From NCBI GenBank assembly GCA_000165425.1, contig CT868669.1, positions 186,001 through 250,000 of the forward strand: 64,000 nt of DNA, given 5' to 3'. Below are positions 13,575-27,834 of this stretch, in pieces. Below the pieces are notes generated by a model. The model made no database searches. It was not told the origin of the DNA and saw only the letters and a list, made by a program, of their open reading frames with translations. The number at the start of each line of letters is the position of its first letter. Within the stretch, counting starts at the first letter, position 1. Origin of the DNA: Paramecium tetraurelia. Taxonomy: Eukaryota. The position numbers and the translations under genes were made by a program.

Positions 13575-16500
13575 TCAATTATTACAATTTAAATTTGGGT
13601 TCATATTTCTGGAACTATTTACCCTAATTTCTAAATTGGTTTGACTATCACTGATTTCTTTTTCAATTTCAAACTATTTTTCAAAGTTTTCAGTCTATTA
13701 TTCAATCTCTTGGAAGAGTCATGTTTTATTTTTTGAGGATTGATCACATTCCTTTTTTTATTGAGGTATTTTTAAATAAAAACAAATGGATAAAGCATAT
13801 ATTTTTGTAATTTTTCAAGAAATAGTAATTACCAATTCGAATTATTATTATGACTATGTTTTATGATTTCATTAAAATTATCATTTTTAAAGAAACAATC
13901 ATACGATGTCATAACTTCAAAGTCATACAATCTCTGCTAATTAAATTACCAATAAAGAGGTTCGATCTAAAAGTAAGCCTTCTAAATAGTTTGATCGTTT
14001 TCATTGAGTTCCAATTCCCTCTAAAGTTGATGGTATAAATTGGTTATATTCTCTATCATATTATCATTGAAATCTGAAACTGTCAATCCATTCTTTTCCT
14101 GTTTCTCTTCTTTGTTCTCACTATCATCACTACTATTACTACTCTCCTCACTCTCCTTTCCTTCCTTGATATAGTCTGGCTAACAAAGAAGCATCCCCTT
14201 TGGACTTCTCCCCAATCCTGAAGATATATTTAAATTAAATATTGATTATTTTCTATTTTACAATGCTTGATGGAGATTGGACCTAACACCATTTATTTTT
14301 GGAGTACTAGACCCTTAACTTTGTGGTTCACTTATAATTCTCTTTGATTTTGATACTGCTGCTTAAAACCTGCCATCATTCTGAACTTTAAAGCAAGCAC
14401 TATTCTCAGCACTTGAACTCATTGATTCTTATTCATAAACTAATTGAATTTTTTATTATTCTTAAATCAAATTAATATTTTCAGTTTAGAATACCTGAGC
14501 AAATTACTAAATCAAATCCTTCTCAAATCTTGCTCTTCTTATAGTTTAATCACTTTAAAATCTCTTAGAGTTTTCTCTACTTTGATATTTCCGTTTCTAT
14601 TCTCCTGGTAACAAATACTTTTTTAAGATAACTTCCCTATCAGGAATGTATTAAATTTGAGGACAACTTTTCAAGTTATGATTAAATAACAGACAAGCTG
14701 GACAAAATACTCCATTCTCTATTTAAGGAGGATAGAGATTTAAATTCATTTATTCTTTTAATTCACAAAACTTTTAGAAGTCCTCAGGGTAATTCTTTAT
14801 TGTGTCCATAAAATCCTTTTTAGAAAGTATTAACAAACTGACATAGCCGTTAGATTTGAAGAACTCAATATTTGGACTTTGAATTATAAATTCTCTCACA
14901 CAAAAAAACTATTCTTGCTGTATTTAGGAATTCATTTTTGATCTTTGCTTTCTATCAGGATGTTAATAAAGTAAAATTCCCTATTCTACAAAACACAAAT
15001 GTTATTAACCATCAAAATCAATTGAAAATGTGTTTTGTGGTGGAATAATTTTTCTTTTGATTGACTTTGATAGAGCATCCTTAAAATCCTCTCCAAAATT
15101 TGAAAGAAATGCTGATTTCTTAATAAATATTTTGTGCACTTCCTTATCCAATTCTTCCTTAAGTTCATCAGACAACTATTCTAATAGAGTTTATTCAATC
15201 TCCAGATCAACTTCATCATCTTCTTTCCATCTGAATGTCAAATACTCTTTTATTCTAAAAATGAAAGTACTCATTACTTGTGTTTCATATTAAATGGAAT
15301 CCTTCTTTGATCCATATATTTATTGATAACTCTCATTTTTCTATTTCTCTCAACTTAATTTTAAGTGATATCGTTGATTATTCCTCCAATGAAATTGACG
15401 CTATAAGAGAACCACAAACCTACGATATTATTGTGATTATTACATGCCCCTAAGATGAAGATTATCGTCACAATCTTCTCTATAGAGTTTTTTGGAACAT
15501 TGTCTCCATACCCAATTGTTAACATAGTAACTACTGCAAAATACAACGCTTCCAAGTATTACAACTCCCATGATTTCAGATCTAAACCATTAAATCTTAT
15601 CCAAGAATCCTCCATACTTATTTGACTAAACCAAAACCAAATACAACTAAAAAGATGGAGAATAAACAATAATGTCAATATAAATTTTATCAAGCCTATT
15701 ACTCCTCTTAAGGGTCTTGTTAAATAAGAAATTTGATCACTCTTAGCAAAAGTCTCGTAAATATATTTATATTAAGCTAAAACAACAAGTAAAAATAAAT
15801 TAATTTTGTTATTGATTTCTGGTACAATCATAAAAATTATAAGCACAAATGATGTAGAAAAATCGGTCAAAAATTCCTATTTCAATTGATATATCAATAA
15901 ATCCCATCTATTTTGAATTGCAGCTCCATTCCTATATGATAAAGTGTTTATTCTTATGAGAAAGTCAATCTGCAGAATTACAATGATTAAAGCAGTCAAA
16001 TATATATAATGCAGAAACAATATCCCAGGTTCAAATGCTATTTCCAATGGAATGAGCAATACTAAAATAATTCTAAAAAAAGAAGCAAAGAAGTCCCAAA
16101 TCATTTTAAAACGTGATTCCGGTTATATTATTGGAATCTTGTTTACTACAGTAGTAATTAGATCGAAACAGTTTTTCTTGATTATTTTAACTCTCGATTT
16201 CATCTATTCAAGGATACTTTTATTCCTAATTCCAGTATCTTTCCTAAGGAAAGCCTTCATTCTGCCTAAAGACGATCCTTGCTTTTTGCATTGATGTTAG
16301 TAATTGAATAAATTTTACCTACTTATAATAATTTATACATATCAGCAGCTCTATCTTCTATCAAATTAAAATGGATCTCATTCATACTCAATATTCTCTT
16401 CCTACTTTAAGAAATTTTTTCAATGAATCTCCTAATATAAAAACTGCACATCAAACTAGTCCCTGTAGGAACGCTTCCCCTTCTTTCATTATGTTAGCAA

Positions 16501-16745
16501 AACCTACGACTAAGAAGTTCTGAACTTTAAGCAGATGTAATAATCTCATCAAATGGGGTTTCTGGTATTTTATGAAGACATTCAGCTTCAATACTTTTTG
16601 AACTAATGCTTCTGCTTATACGAGGGTAGGTAGTATTGGGTTAATTTCTCGATTCCCTTAAGCAATGATCAAGATACTATTGTTCAAAATCTTCATTTTA
16701 GACAGCTCTTAATTCAATATCCTAATCAAATTCAATATTAAACAT
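13575..16745 (-). CDS. KCNH/CNG-type K+ channel with cNMP-binding-homology domain, copy 2 (tandem paralogue)
   Basis: Pore EALYFAVVTMLTIGYGDNVP; N-terminus ELRAVQNEDFEQQYL closely matches copy 1. Confidence 0.9.
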
Positions 16746-17213
16746 ACTTATATATTATATTACGAATAATGCTCTAAGGATTATTATAAATTAATTCAAA
16801 GAGCACCAAATTGTAGTAAATCATTGAATTGAGCTTTGAAATTTTGAGAGATATCAAAATATTGAAATATTAGTTTTCAAATTCATCATTCAAAATCAAT
16901 GAAATAATAGATAAGGAATTCGATCATAAGTGTTAATAGTAAAGAGATGGGATCATAAATTACATTAATTTATATCTAACTCATTTAAATGTTCATCAAA
17001 GTCATAATATTTCAATAATATACTATATCTTGTTCTGCTTTTAATTGGCGCTTAATTTAGTAAGAATAACAAGACTTAAAATATTTCTTTATATAAATAT
17101 TTAATGATATTACATATTTAGATGATAAAGTCTAATAACATGTAATTAGAATTTTCTAGATGACAGATTTAAAATTGAACATTTCATTAATAATTTATTC
17201 TCATTGAATTATA

Positions 17214-18416
17214 ATGTCTATAAATTTTGATAATGGCTTTGATAGGAGGAGAATTATAAACTATAATACAGATCTTTTTGATTGCGCTTTCTGCTCATGT
17301 GTGCCAAGAGTACCAAGACAATGTGCTAATTGTGATTCTATTTATTGTCGTTTATGCATTGAAAAATGGTTTAAACAATCGAAGTAATTTGTCGATATAA
17401 CTCATTAGCGGTTAAAGTAGAGATAATTGCTGTTAACAATAGACAATTACTAATTTATCATAAATATTATAATCAAATTATAATGATCTGCTTTTGAGAT
17501 GTAATGTGTAAGAATATTTAGGTATAAAATGTTAAAAGGCTATTTGTATCAATCAAATTGATTAGCATGAGTTTGAGTGCGGTTTAATCAAATAGTGTGT
17601 AAATTACTAATGTTGTGGGAACATCATTCCATAAGAGAATATAAATAATAATTCTAATTAAGTAATTTGTCATCTCATATTAGTGTAGTGATTAGTGTTG
17701 CTAATTTTTGAGTAAAGTGAAAGAAATTAATAATAAGTAAGAGATATATAAAAGAGCAAGAGAATTTTTAATATCAAATCCATTTAGTAACAGAGAATAA
17801 CTTTTAAGTGACGAGGATAGATAGAATATAATGAATCCCTATAATTAAATCACCATCGGAAATGCTCCTATCATCTTAAGATGGGATAAAGCAAGGTGCG
17901 GTTCTAATATAATCCTAACAGATGGAGATTAGAAAGTCTTTCTTTAAGAATAAGGATATATTTTTAAATCTGTGGTTGCTAACTATGGCTTTGAGTCAGG
18001 GATTGTATATTGGGAGATCGAAGCAGACGACAGGACTGAAAACTATTTAAAAATTGGTGTGACAACTCAAAGGGACTTTAATTTTAATTCATCCTTCTGT
18101 GATTATGAGTTTGGCTGGGCTTTCTATGGATCAGCACAAGTAGAAAATTGTTATCTAAAAGTAGATACGTCATAATCAAAAATAAAATGGTACTGCTTTT
18201 GGAAAGCCATTCAAAGATAAGGGCACTTTGGGAATTTGCTTAAACATGGATTCAGGGACTTTAATGTTCAGTTTGAATGGAGAAAACATGGGTTGTGCTT
18301 TCAAAGATGAAAAATTGAAACGAGGACCCATTTATCCAGCTGTATCACTACTTCACAAAGCTGGTTGTAAAATAATAAGTGAAAAACCTGTTCCATAGAT
18401 ATTTTAATAATTTTGA
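17214..18416 (+). CDS. RING finger + SPRY (B30.2) domain protein
   Basis: N-terminal CAFC...CANCDSIYCRLCIEKW; C-terminal GIVYWEIE...LKIGV...LGICLNMDSGTLMFSLNG...IYPAVSL. Confidence 0.85.
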
Positions 18417-18437
18417 TTTAGTTAATATCATTAATTT

Positions 18438-20740
18438 TCAATTCTATTGGCTCTGTTAATCAAACATTTTTACACAGAGATCTTCCTCTTCCTACTACAC
18501 AGCTCCTCTCCTAGTAGGATGTTTTTGTTTATGATAAATTTTATGTTGTATATCTATCAACTTGGACAACTTAAACACTATCTATAACTCAGGTCCAAGT
18601 TTTTGAATCAATGCTTTATTTGAATATACCGTATCACTAGATTGTAATATATCATCATATGCCTAAATTTATAATAAAAGAAAGTACATTGAATATTTTT
18701 GAGTAAATTAAGTAATCCCCAAAAAGATTTGGTTAATTTCTGCTCATTTTCTTATAATTAATCATTTCAATAGTATCAGAATCAGTCTTATCTATTTTTG
18801 TAGATTATTAATCATACCCATAGCCTCAGGAGACTTCACTATTTGTTCAATGAGCTGTCTTGAAGGTTCCTTGGTAATGCTATCAAGATTTATTAAAGGT
18901 TTGGGAGTAAAATTGAACATCATCAATTATTTATAATTCAAAATAGTTTCTTTGAGTTTTTCTAATTCGTTCAACTTCAATAATATATGATGTACATCTA
19001 ATTAGTCAATTATGTTGTCACTATAATGATAATACTTAAATCAATTACAAAGCTTTGTTCATCAGAATAACTTTTGGTTAATTTTTAAATAGTTTGCCAC
19101 AACTAATATAATTGCATAAAATCTGAAAATCTAAAAAAATCGGTTTCTGCCGTTCTATTATTTTTATTATTTGTTTTTGGAAGTAATCCAGCCCAGATAT
19201 GAACTTCAATTTTTCAGCCAGAATGTAATGTTGCTTGCTGGTTTCTTTGCTTGATTTTGTTTGATTAGTAGGTTTTTATACCATGCCTCCAGTATTTAAA
19301 AATAAATTCAGTAAATTATATCTTTGCGAGATATCAGGTGAGAGTTTGTCCTCGACCTATTAATTGTCTATTTCATCTATTTCTGCATTAGAATTTACGT
19401 GGAGATGATTTTCTCTATGTTAGATGAATTCATCAATCAATTCAAGATTTTCCTGGTATTATCTATTCTAAATAGATGAATCCAATTAAAATTCAAATAA
19501 TTTGTTAGCCAATTCAACCAAAACTATTTAAGTTAGATAATAATACATTGTATTCTATTGTAAATACCAACAAGTAATCCAATGAAGAAGAAGAATATCT
19601 ACTAGATACCACCTAGATTGGATAAAAGCTCATCAATTTTTTAGAAACTTCGAGTGAATTTAGTCTTGAATGGATTTAATCGAAAATTGAAGGTTGCATA
19701 TGATGCATCAAGAGTGGTGCCAATGTCTGACATCTCCTTAATGTCAGATTGATCAATTAGGAAAACTGTATCTTCTTATATATCACTTGATAATTAGGAT
19801 TGATACCTGAACGGCAATAGACTTTCATCATTAATGAACTCATATTTCCTAAAGTATATGTTAGCTTTTCGATTGAGTTGATTGGGTACAAATGTGAAAT
19901 ATATCTGATCATCCAAAAATGCTGATCCATATCTTTATTTGTACGGATTAATTATCTACAATATTTAATAGATGACTATACTTAATTGATAGTGTAAATT
20001 TGTAGTTTAAATGAACCAGTACTTGAAAAATATTAATCTACTGTTTCTTTTGACGCACATGAAATTTATTCATTACTTTCGCAATGTGATATGGTTAGGG
20101 TCAAAAATTGGAAATCACTGCCTAAATGATGGTTTATAATGTTTACTTGTGTAAGTGCCTCCAACAAATATTGTGTTATTGTACCTAGTATATTTGTTAT
20201 ACATTTTACTCGGGACATAAAAAATCACCAATTCCAAAACTATTGAAATTCTCTACAAAATCAATCCCATATCTAGAGAAAGTGGATTGAAATCTCTCAC
20301 TTGTACAAGGCACCAGAGGTATGATGGTTGATATTTTGTTTTATTGGCCATTTGGTAATCTTTAATATTTTCTTGAATATCATTTTCATCAATTTACTTT
20401 TATTCCAGTGTTAAATTAAAGAAAGGTGATGTAGTAAAATTATTTTACTCTATTTTAAAAGCAAACATGAAATCGGATTGGTCTAATTAGATTGACTAGA
20501 CTTCGTCTTCATATTAATTGGCTGAGATAACTCTTAGTTGTTCTTTAAGGAAAAAAGATCGTAAACTTTAAGAGTAGAAATATATCATTAAAAATAACAC
20601 TGCCAATGATATTGTACCTCCTATCTTGGTTCGAAAATAGGCTTGTTTATTCATACGAAGAAATACTATTTAACCAAATACGTCGACCCGTTCCAATCCT
20701 TACTATTGCAGATAATAATACCCCATTTTAGTGTTTTCAT
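18438..20740 (-). CDS. Ciliate 2-TM large-ectodomain family protein, paralogue 1
   Basis: LERVDVFGQ...TKIGG-TM1...SFQKIDELLSNLGG-TM2...FNFTPKP. Confidence 0.8.
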
Positions 20741-20763
20741 TAATAATATAAATAAAAGATCAA

Positions 20764-23124
20764 TCATTTGTTCATCATCTCTTCAGGAACATTTTGAGTG
20801 TTCCTGCATATTAGATCTATATTTGAATTGGCTCTCAGTCTCCTGATTCCATCAAAATCAAGCAATTTAGACAATTTGAAAATGGTCTACATTTCATCTC
20901 CAAGTTTCTTAATCAATTTCCTGTTCACTTCATGTTGAGGGTGTTAATCTGCACTCTATTACAATATCAGATCATAAGCCTATCTCCATTTATTCAAATA
21001 CCCTATAAATTCTATTGTAAATTCTATTATCCCTATCAATACTTTGCGTCCGAAAAAAGGATTTATTACCAGTTTATATTACCTAACTTTTCCTGGATCT
21101 TTTCCCTTAATAAGGTACATTTCTAAATTATAATACCAAACATTTACGTGTGTCTCGCCCTGTTTTCAAGGAAAGTTCTTGAAATAGGCATCTCCTTCTC
21201 CTCTATCATTGAAATAATTGGTTTTGATGCAAAATCAAATAATAATTACTAAGAATTTGTAAGTAGTATTTCTTTAAGTTTGTCAATCTCATTCAATTTA
21301 GTCAAGATGTTGAACACATCCAACTGCTCATTGATTTTATCACTAATATTAAATTATTTATTATTATACACTGCTTGATTATAAAATAGGACAGAAAGGG
21401 AGTTCGAGAAAGCCTTTCTCAGACACAACTAATTCACAAAGATCTTCATATTAAACCTTAATGGTTATGATCGATTTAAGATAAGATTGATTTATTTTTT
21501 AAAGTAATCCAATCCACTTACACAATTAAGCCTTTAAGCCAGAATATTATGGTCTTTTATTGCCAGCTATGTATTTTAATTACTTTTATCTTCATTATCA
21601 TTCAAGCCTTGATTAACACACTCATTATTTTCAGTCGTTGGACGATCAATCAGCATAATATGTTTATCAGGTTGGCTTTTACCGAAAAGTCTTAGGATTT
21701 TGCTTTTGTGTTTAATTTCACTATTGGGAATCTTTTATTATTAACCTTCTCTATTCACATAGTATTCTTGTTTGAACTGTTTCTCTTCATAAGCATTATC
21801 TATTAATTTTAGATTTTATTAATGCTATTTAGTCTACTCTTCAACATCAGGACTAAACTCATAAATCTTATTCGACAATTCGACAAACACTACTTAATTT
21901 AAAACAAACGCTAACTTGTTATTTTATTATACGCTGATATGATGAATCCCATAACTATTAAGGATATCTATAGTAAACCCCCCAATTTAGAGAGCAAATC
22001 AGTAACATTTTAATTCTTTCTCTCAACCAAAATAGTGATTGGACTTTTACGAAAATAGAATGCTGCATAAATAGTATCGGAATCCCTTCCCAAATCAGTT
22101 ATTTCTTTGGTCTCTGTATTATCTATCGAAACAAAATTCAGATTCTGATCCTCACTTCAAATTCACAATGATGTTCTTACTTAAATGGATAAAGATCAAG
22201 ACTATTTTAAAATTAATATTATCTAAAGTAAATGTTTGCATATTTGCTTATCTTTTTAGGCACAAACGATAAGTAACTTTGATCATCCAAATAGATAGAT
22301 ACATAGTCCGATCCAATTTTATTGGGATTTATTACCTATTTTAAGATTACATACACTACCTTGTTGACAGAATATACCTATACCTTGAAATTCCCAGCTT
22401 CTTCTAATTGCTGTTTTATTTCATCATCTGATGCACATGTTCTATCAGTTGAAGAACTTTAATTGCATGGTGTAACTTCGATTTTGAGAAAGTTAAAATT
22501 GTTTGCTTTAATAAAATTTCTAATATACATGTATATGTTCCTCCGATATTCAAATTTATTTATGTTCTATCATTATATTCAAATACATTACTATGGACAA
22601 AGCAAGTTCTTAAGTTAAAGTCTCTCGAAATCATCTGAAAAGTTCTTTCCATAGCGATCAAAAATTTATTAGAAACGCTCTAAAGTGCATGGAACCAAAG
22701 GAAGTTAGGTAATGTTTTTAATAAGTGTTCCATTTGGGAGTCTTTCATATTCCCTTCATAATCCTCAATTGTTATACCTTTATTAGAGATTTATCGTGAA
22801 GTATGGTTGATCCAAAAAGTTAGTCTGATCAATTCCTAATGCCATTATAAAATCTTAATCATTCAATTGCAGATTTGTTAGGTCGTCATCATAAATTTAA
22901 GTTTACTTAGTAATTATATTTTTTCCAGCCAAATAATCGACAAAATTTGTTGAAAAAAATAGAAACACAAGAATTATTGTTGTTATGGAGGTAAAACCAC
23001 CAAATGACGATTTATACGTAGATTTATGATTCATTCCAAGGCTTGGGGACTGAGCAAAGATATCACAAACTCTTAAGTCTCATTCTACTAGCAATCTATT
23101 TTTACATTAATTTATTTTCTCCAT
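20764..23124 (-). CDS. Ciliate 2-TM large-ectodomain family protein, paralogue 2
   Basis: LRVCDIFAQ...SSFGG-TM1...NVTDLLSKLGG-TM2; the start depends on a 27-nt first intron. Confidence 0.78.
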
Positions 23125-24008
23125 CACAATGTATAATTTTTTTATTTATTTTAAACAAATTTCCTATATTAAAAAATCAATTCTTCAATTGCTTTTAGAT
23201 TTTAATAATAAGATAATTTATATTTAAAATTTAACTCTTTCAAAATTAGAAATTTATGAGTAGAGTAAATTATCAAAATCATAATATTTCAAAATATAAA
23301 AATGTAAAATATGGAATCAATAAAGAATACTGCAATTCTGTTCTATCTATTTAGAAAATATTAACAAAGATGTCAACAAATATGGTTAAAATTTAAGATT
23401 ATCTCTTTAGAACAGACTATATTTCTATCAATTTATCAACATAAATGGATTTCAAAAAGTATTATGAATTTTATCGAAGAATTTTTTTATTTAATAAATC
23501 CTAATACAGACTAACTATAAATATTTAAAATTGTTTAAGCTTAAATTACACTAAGTAAGAAGACATTAGAGTTGATAAATTTTGATGTGTAAATGTCCTT
23601 CATAAGGCATCTGGATGATAATATTTATATGAGTCTGATTGAATGCAATAATCATGTTGAGATTACAGAAGAAGTGAATTGAACTACTTAGGAAATAATT
23701 AGTTACTTATCTATCGAATGATTCGGAATTATAATACTTTTATAATATATACTTATTCAAGAGACCAATAAATATCCTTTTGTTATTACATTTGACCATC
23801 TCTGTGTACAATAAACCTATAAATGTTAACGACAGGGAAGAAACTAACAAAGTGATCACATCTTCTTCTCATAATTAATAATAATTATGAGAAGAAAATA
23901 GATGATAAAAATAAAACCCCTATCGTTTATATCTAAATGGTTTGATTGATTGAATGTAATTCTAAACATTTAATTATATTATATTTATATATTATTTTCT
24001 TAGAGTAA

Positions 24009-24323
24009 ATGAATTATCGACCACCCAAAGTGAATCAGCTATAAAGAGGATAATAAGTGCTACCAGATTAGTAATAACCTGAAGAAAATTCATTTTTTAA
24101 TGATTTGGATTATTAATAGGACTAGAGACTTTTTGGTAGTGGCTACCCTTCTATGATAACTGCACTTAAGTGTCCTCAGCTATAAGAAAATAAAGGACCA
24201 ACAAAGTATCAATAACCTGAACCTGAAGAAAATTCATTTTTTAATGATTTGGATTATTACAGCTAAAGGGTTTTAGAGAGTGACGACACTCATTTTGATA
24301 TTATGTATACTTTAAGCAATTGA
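24009..24323 (+). CDS. Small ORF (104 aa) with internal duplication; may be the last exon of a larger or decayed gene
   Basis: MNYRPPKVNQ...PEENSFFNDLDY (twice)...YTLSN*. Confidence 0.4.
24076..24259 (+). repeat. Perfect 40-bp direct repeat, 144-bp period
   Basis: AACCTGAAGAAAATTCATTTTTTAATGATTTGGATTATTA at 24076-24115 and 24220-24259. Confidence 0.92.
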
Positions 24324-24589
24324 TTTTGCTTATGCTATTTGCAAACGAATTATGTACATAATAAAAACAAAATACAAATAATTATTACATTCAGGAGTCA
24401 GTTCTCTTTGTCTGGTAGTTTTTTGAAATCATTTATTTATATAGAATCTTTTTAATAATACAATGAGTTAAGTAAATAATTATACTTAATAATTGGCTTC
24501 AGAAGTCGTTTTTAATAATTAAATGACTTCATCATATAATTAAGGTTTCTGGCAGTGATAATTCTAATATTTAATTATTTAAAAGAAAA

Positions 24590-25918
24590 ATGAAGAAATA
24601 AGATTGGAAATTCATGTAGGTGTTCGGTGACAAGGCATCTTCGGATAACGTTAGTGATGAGGATATCATATCTGCAGTTCAATTTGAAAGGACTGGAAGA
24701 TTGTTAGGATTAGGAGACAGAGCTGGTCGATTGATAATATTTGAAGTACCATAGAACAAAAAGAGGGAGAAGGCAGAATATTAGTATTAATTTTAATGAT
24801 TGCTTAGATATCTAACAGAATTGTAATCACATACGAGAGAATTCGATTTCCTCAAGAGTACTGATATTGAGGAGAAGATTAATCAAATTTAATGGCTGAG
24901 AGCTCAAGGCAAAAATATGTATGTTTTATCAACAAATGATAAAACGGTGAAGTTGTGGAAAGTCAGTGAAAAAAATGTGACAAAAGTTATCAAACCAAGT
25001 GGTAAGGATTTGGCAATGCCTAAATTGTAAGTGGTTGAAAGTGGATTGATTCCAAGGTAAACACTTAATTAGATTAGGAAAGTGTGAGGAAAGTGTTTCC
25101 TAATCTACACAACTATCATATAAATTCATTGACTGCTTCAAACAATGAAGAATTTGTTTTAACATCCGACGACCTAAAAGTGTATTTATGGAGTATAGAA
25201 TAACCATCAAAAGCATTTGTGGCAGTAGATTTGAAGCCTGAGAATTTGGATGAGTTGAGTGAAGTGATAACATCATCAGCTTTTCATCCAACCTTAGATA
25301 ATTAATTTTTGTATACTACAAGCAAGGGAATCATCAAATTATGTGATATGAGAAAATCAGGAATTTGTGACAACACAGCTATTTCTATGGCAGAACCAGA
25401 AGATCCAGCCAAAAAGAATTTCTTCACTGAAATAGTCACTTCTATATCAGATGCTTGTTTCAGTCGAAATGGCAAATATATATTTTCAAGAGATTTCTTG
25501 ACTGTCAAAGTGTGGGATATTGCTATGACCAATAAACCTGTTGCTACCGTCTAGGTATTTGAACCACTGAAATCTAAACTATGTGATCTATATGAGAACG
25601 AATGCATTTTTGATAAGTTTTCAATTCAATCAACCCTTGATTCAAATAGCTTTGTGACTGGTAATTTTAATAGTACTTTTCACATTGTGGACAGATTGGG
25701 TATGATAATTCATTAATATCACAATAGGTGAATGCAATTCACAATATGAATTGAATTTTAATAAGAAGACAGTTGTGAGGCAGATTCCACCAAAATATTT
25801 TGAGAATTTTGGATCTTCATATGATTTTAATCGTAAAGTTCAGAAAATCAGTATGTGCTAAACTTAAAATCTTGTTGCTTTTGCTTGCCTCAATTGTCTC
25901 TATTTCTACACAGCATGA
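24590..25918 (+). CDS. PP2A regulatory subunit B (B55/PR55, WD40)
   Basis: DIISAVQFERTG, EFDFLKSTDIEEKIN, STNDKTVKLWK, SRDFLTVKVWD, LCDLYENECIFDKF; three short introns. Confidence 0.95.
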
Positions 25919-26253
25919 CAATTTATATATATATATATAACATAGTAACATAGATTCTAATTCTGATAAGTATAAGTATAAACCCCTTTTACTTTAAACA
26001 TACTCATTTTAGTGATTCTTACTCCTCTTTTAATATAGATATCATCAAATAGGATTAATTTCTTAGATTCTCTCTCTATTGTGGAAACAATGAGATGAAT
26101 ATTATAAATAATATATATAAGAAATTGCATCTATTTTACAATAATAAAAATGACACATACAAATATATGGCTAAAAATAAAAACTAAACAACAAAGCAGC
26201 TGTGAGAATATTGAAATGTGGCGATGTGTTATTTATTATACTGTGATATACTA

Positions 26254-26524
26254 TCATTTTTTTGTTTTGTATTTTGCTCCAAGAACAAGTTGTAATTTTC
26301 CTCCGGTTGATCTACCCAATTGACTGGAGCATTTGCTAACATATTATTGACATTCTTTACATGCATGTGACAATTCCTCTAGCATGGGAAAATACAGTGT
26401 TATTAGTTGAACACTATGGACATTTGACATCCATGAAATATGAATTAGGTGCTTAAATCAATCTCTTTAATTTGTGCTTTCTCTTTTCACTCTCATATTA
26501 GGGTCTCAATAAATCTTGGTCCAT
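26254..26524 (-). CDS. RPS27: 40S ribosomal protein S27 (eS27)
   Basis: EKRKHKLKRLIQAPNSYFMDVKCPQC...TVFSHA...STGGK; one 25-nt intron. Confidence 0.93.
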
Positions 26525-26572
26525 TATTTAAATTTATTTTTAAATTAATTTATTTATTTCAAACTTACTCTA

Positions 26573-27729
<1,157 letters not shown>

Positions 27730-27834
27730 AGAATTGAAATTATAAATATTGTGTACTCATATAACATCTAAATATTTTCAGTTGTAATCACATATTGTTT
27801 ATTGGTTTATAAGTGGTAAATATAACAAATATAC

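Noticed and set aside
25925..25939. (TA)n microsatellites near gene ends
   Set aside because: Short, and expected in AT-rich UTRs.
25920..26250. Possible C/D snoRNA or small gene between PP2A-B55 and RPS27
   Set aside because: A TGATGA occurs on the minus strand, but there is no matching D box, terminal stem or convincing ORF.
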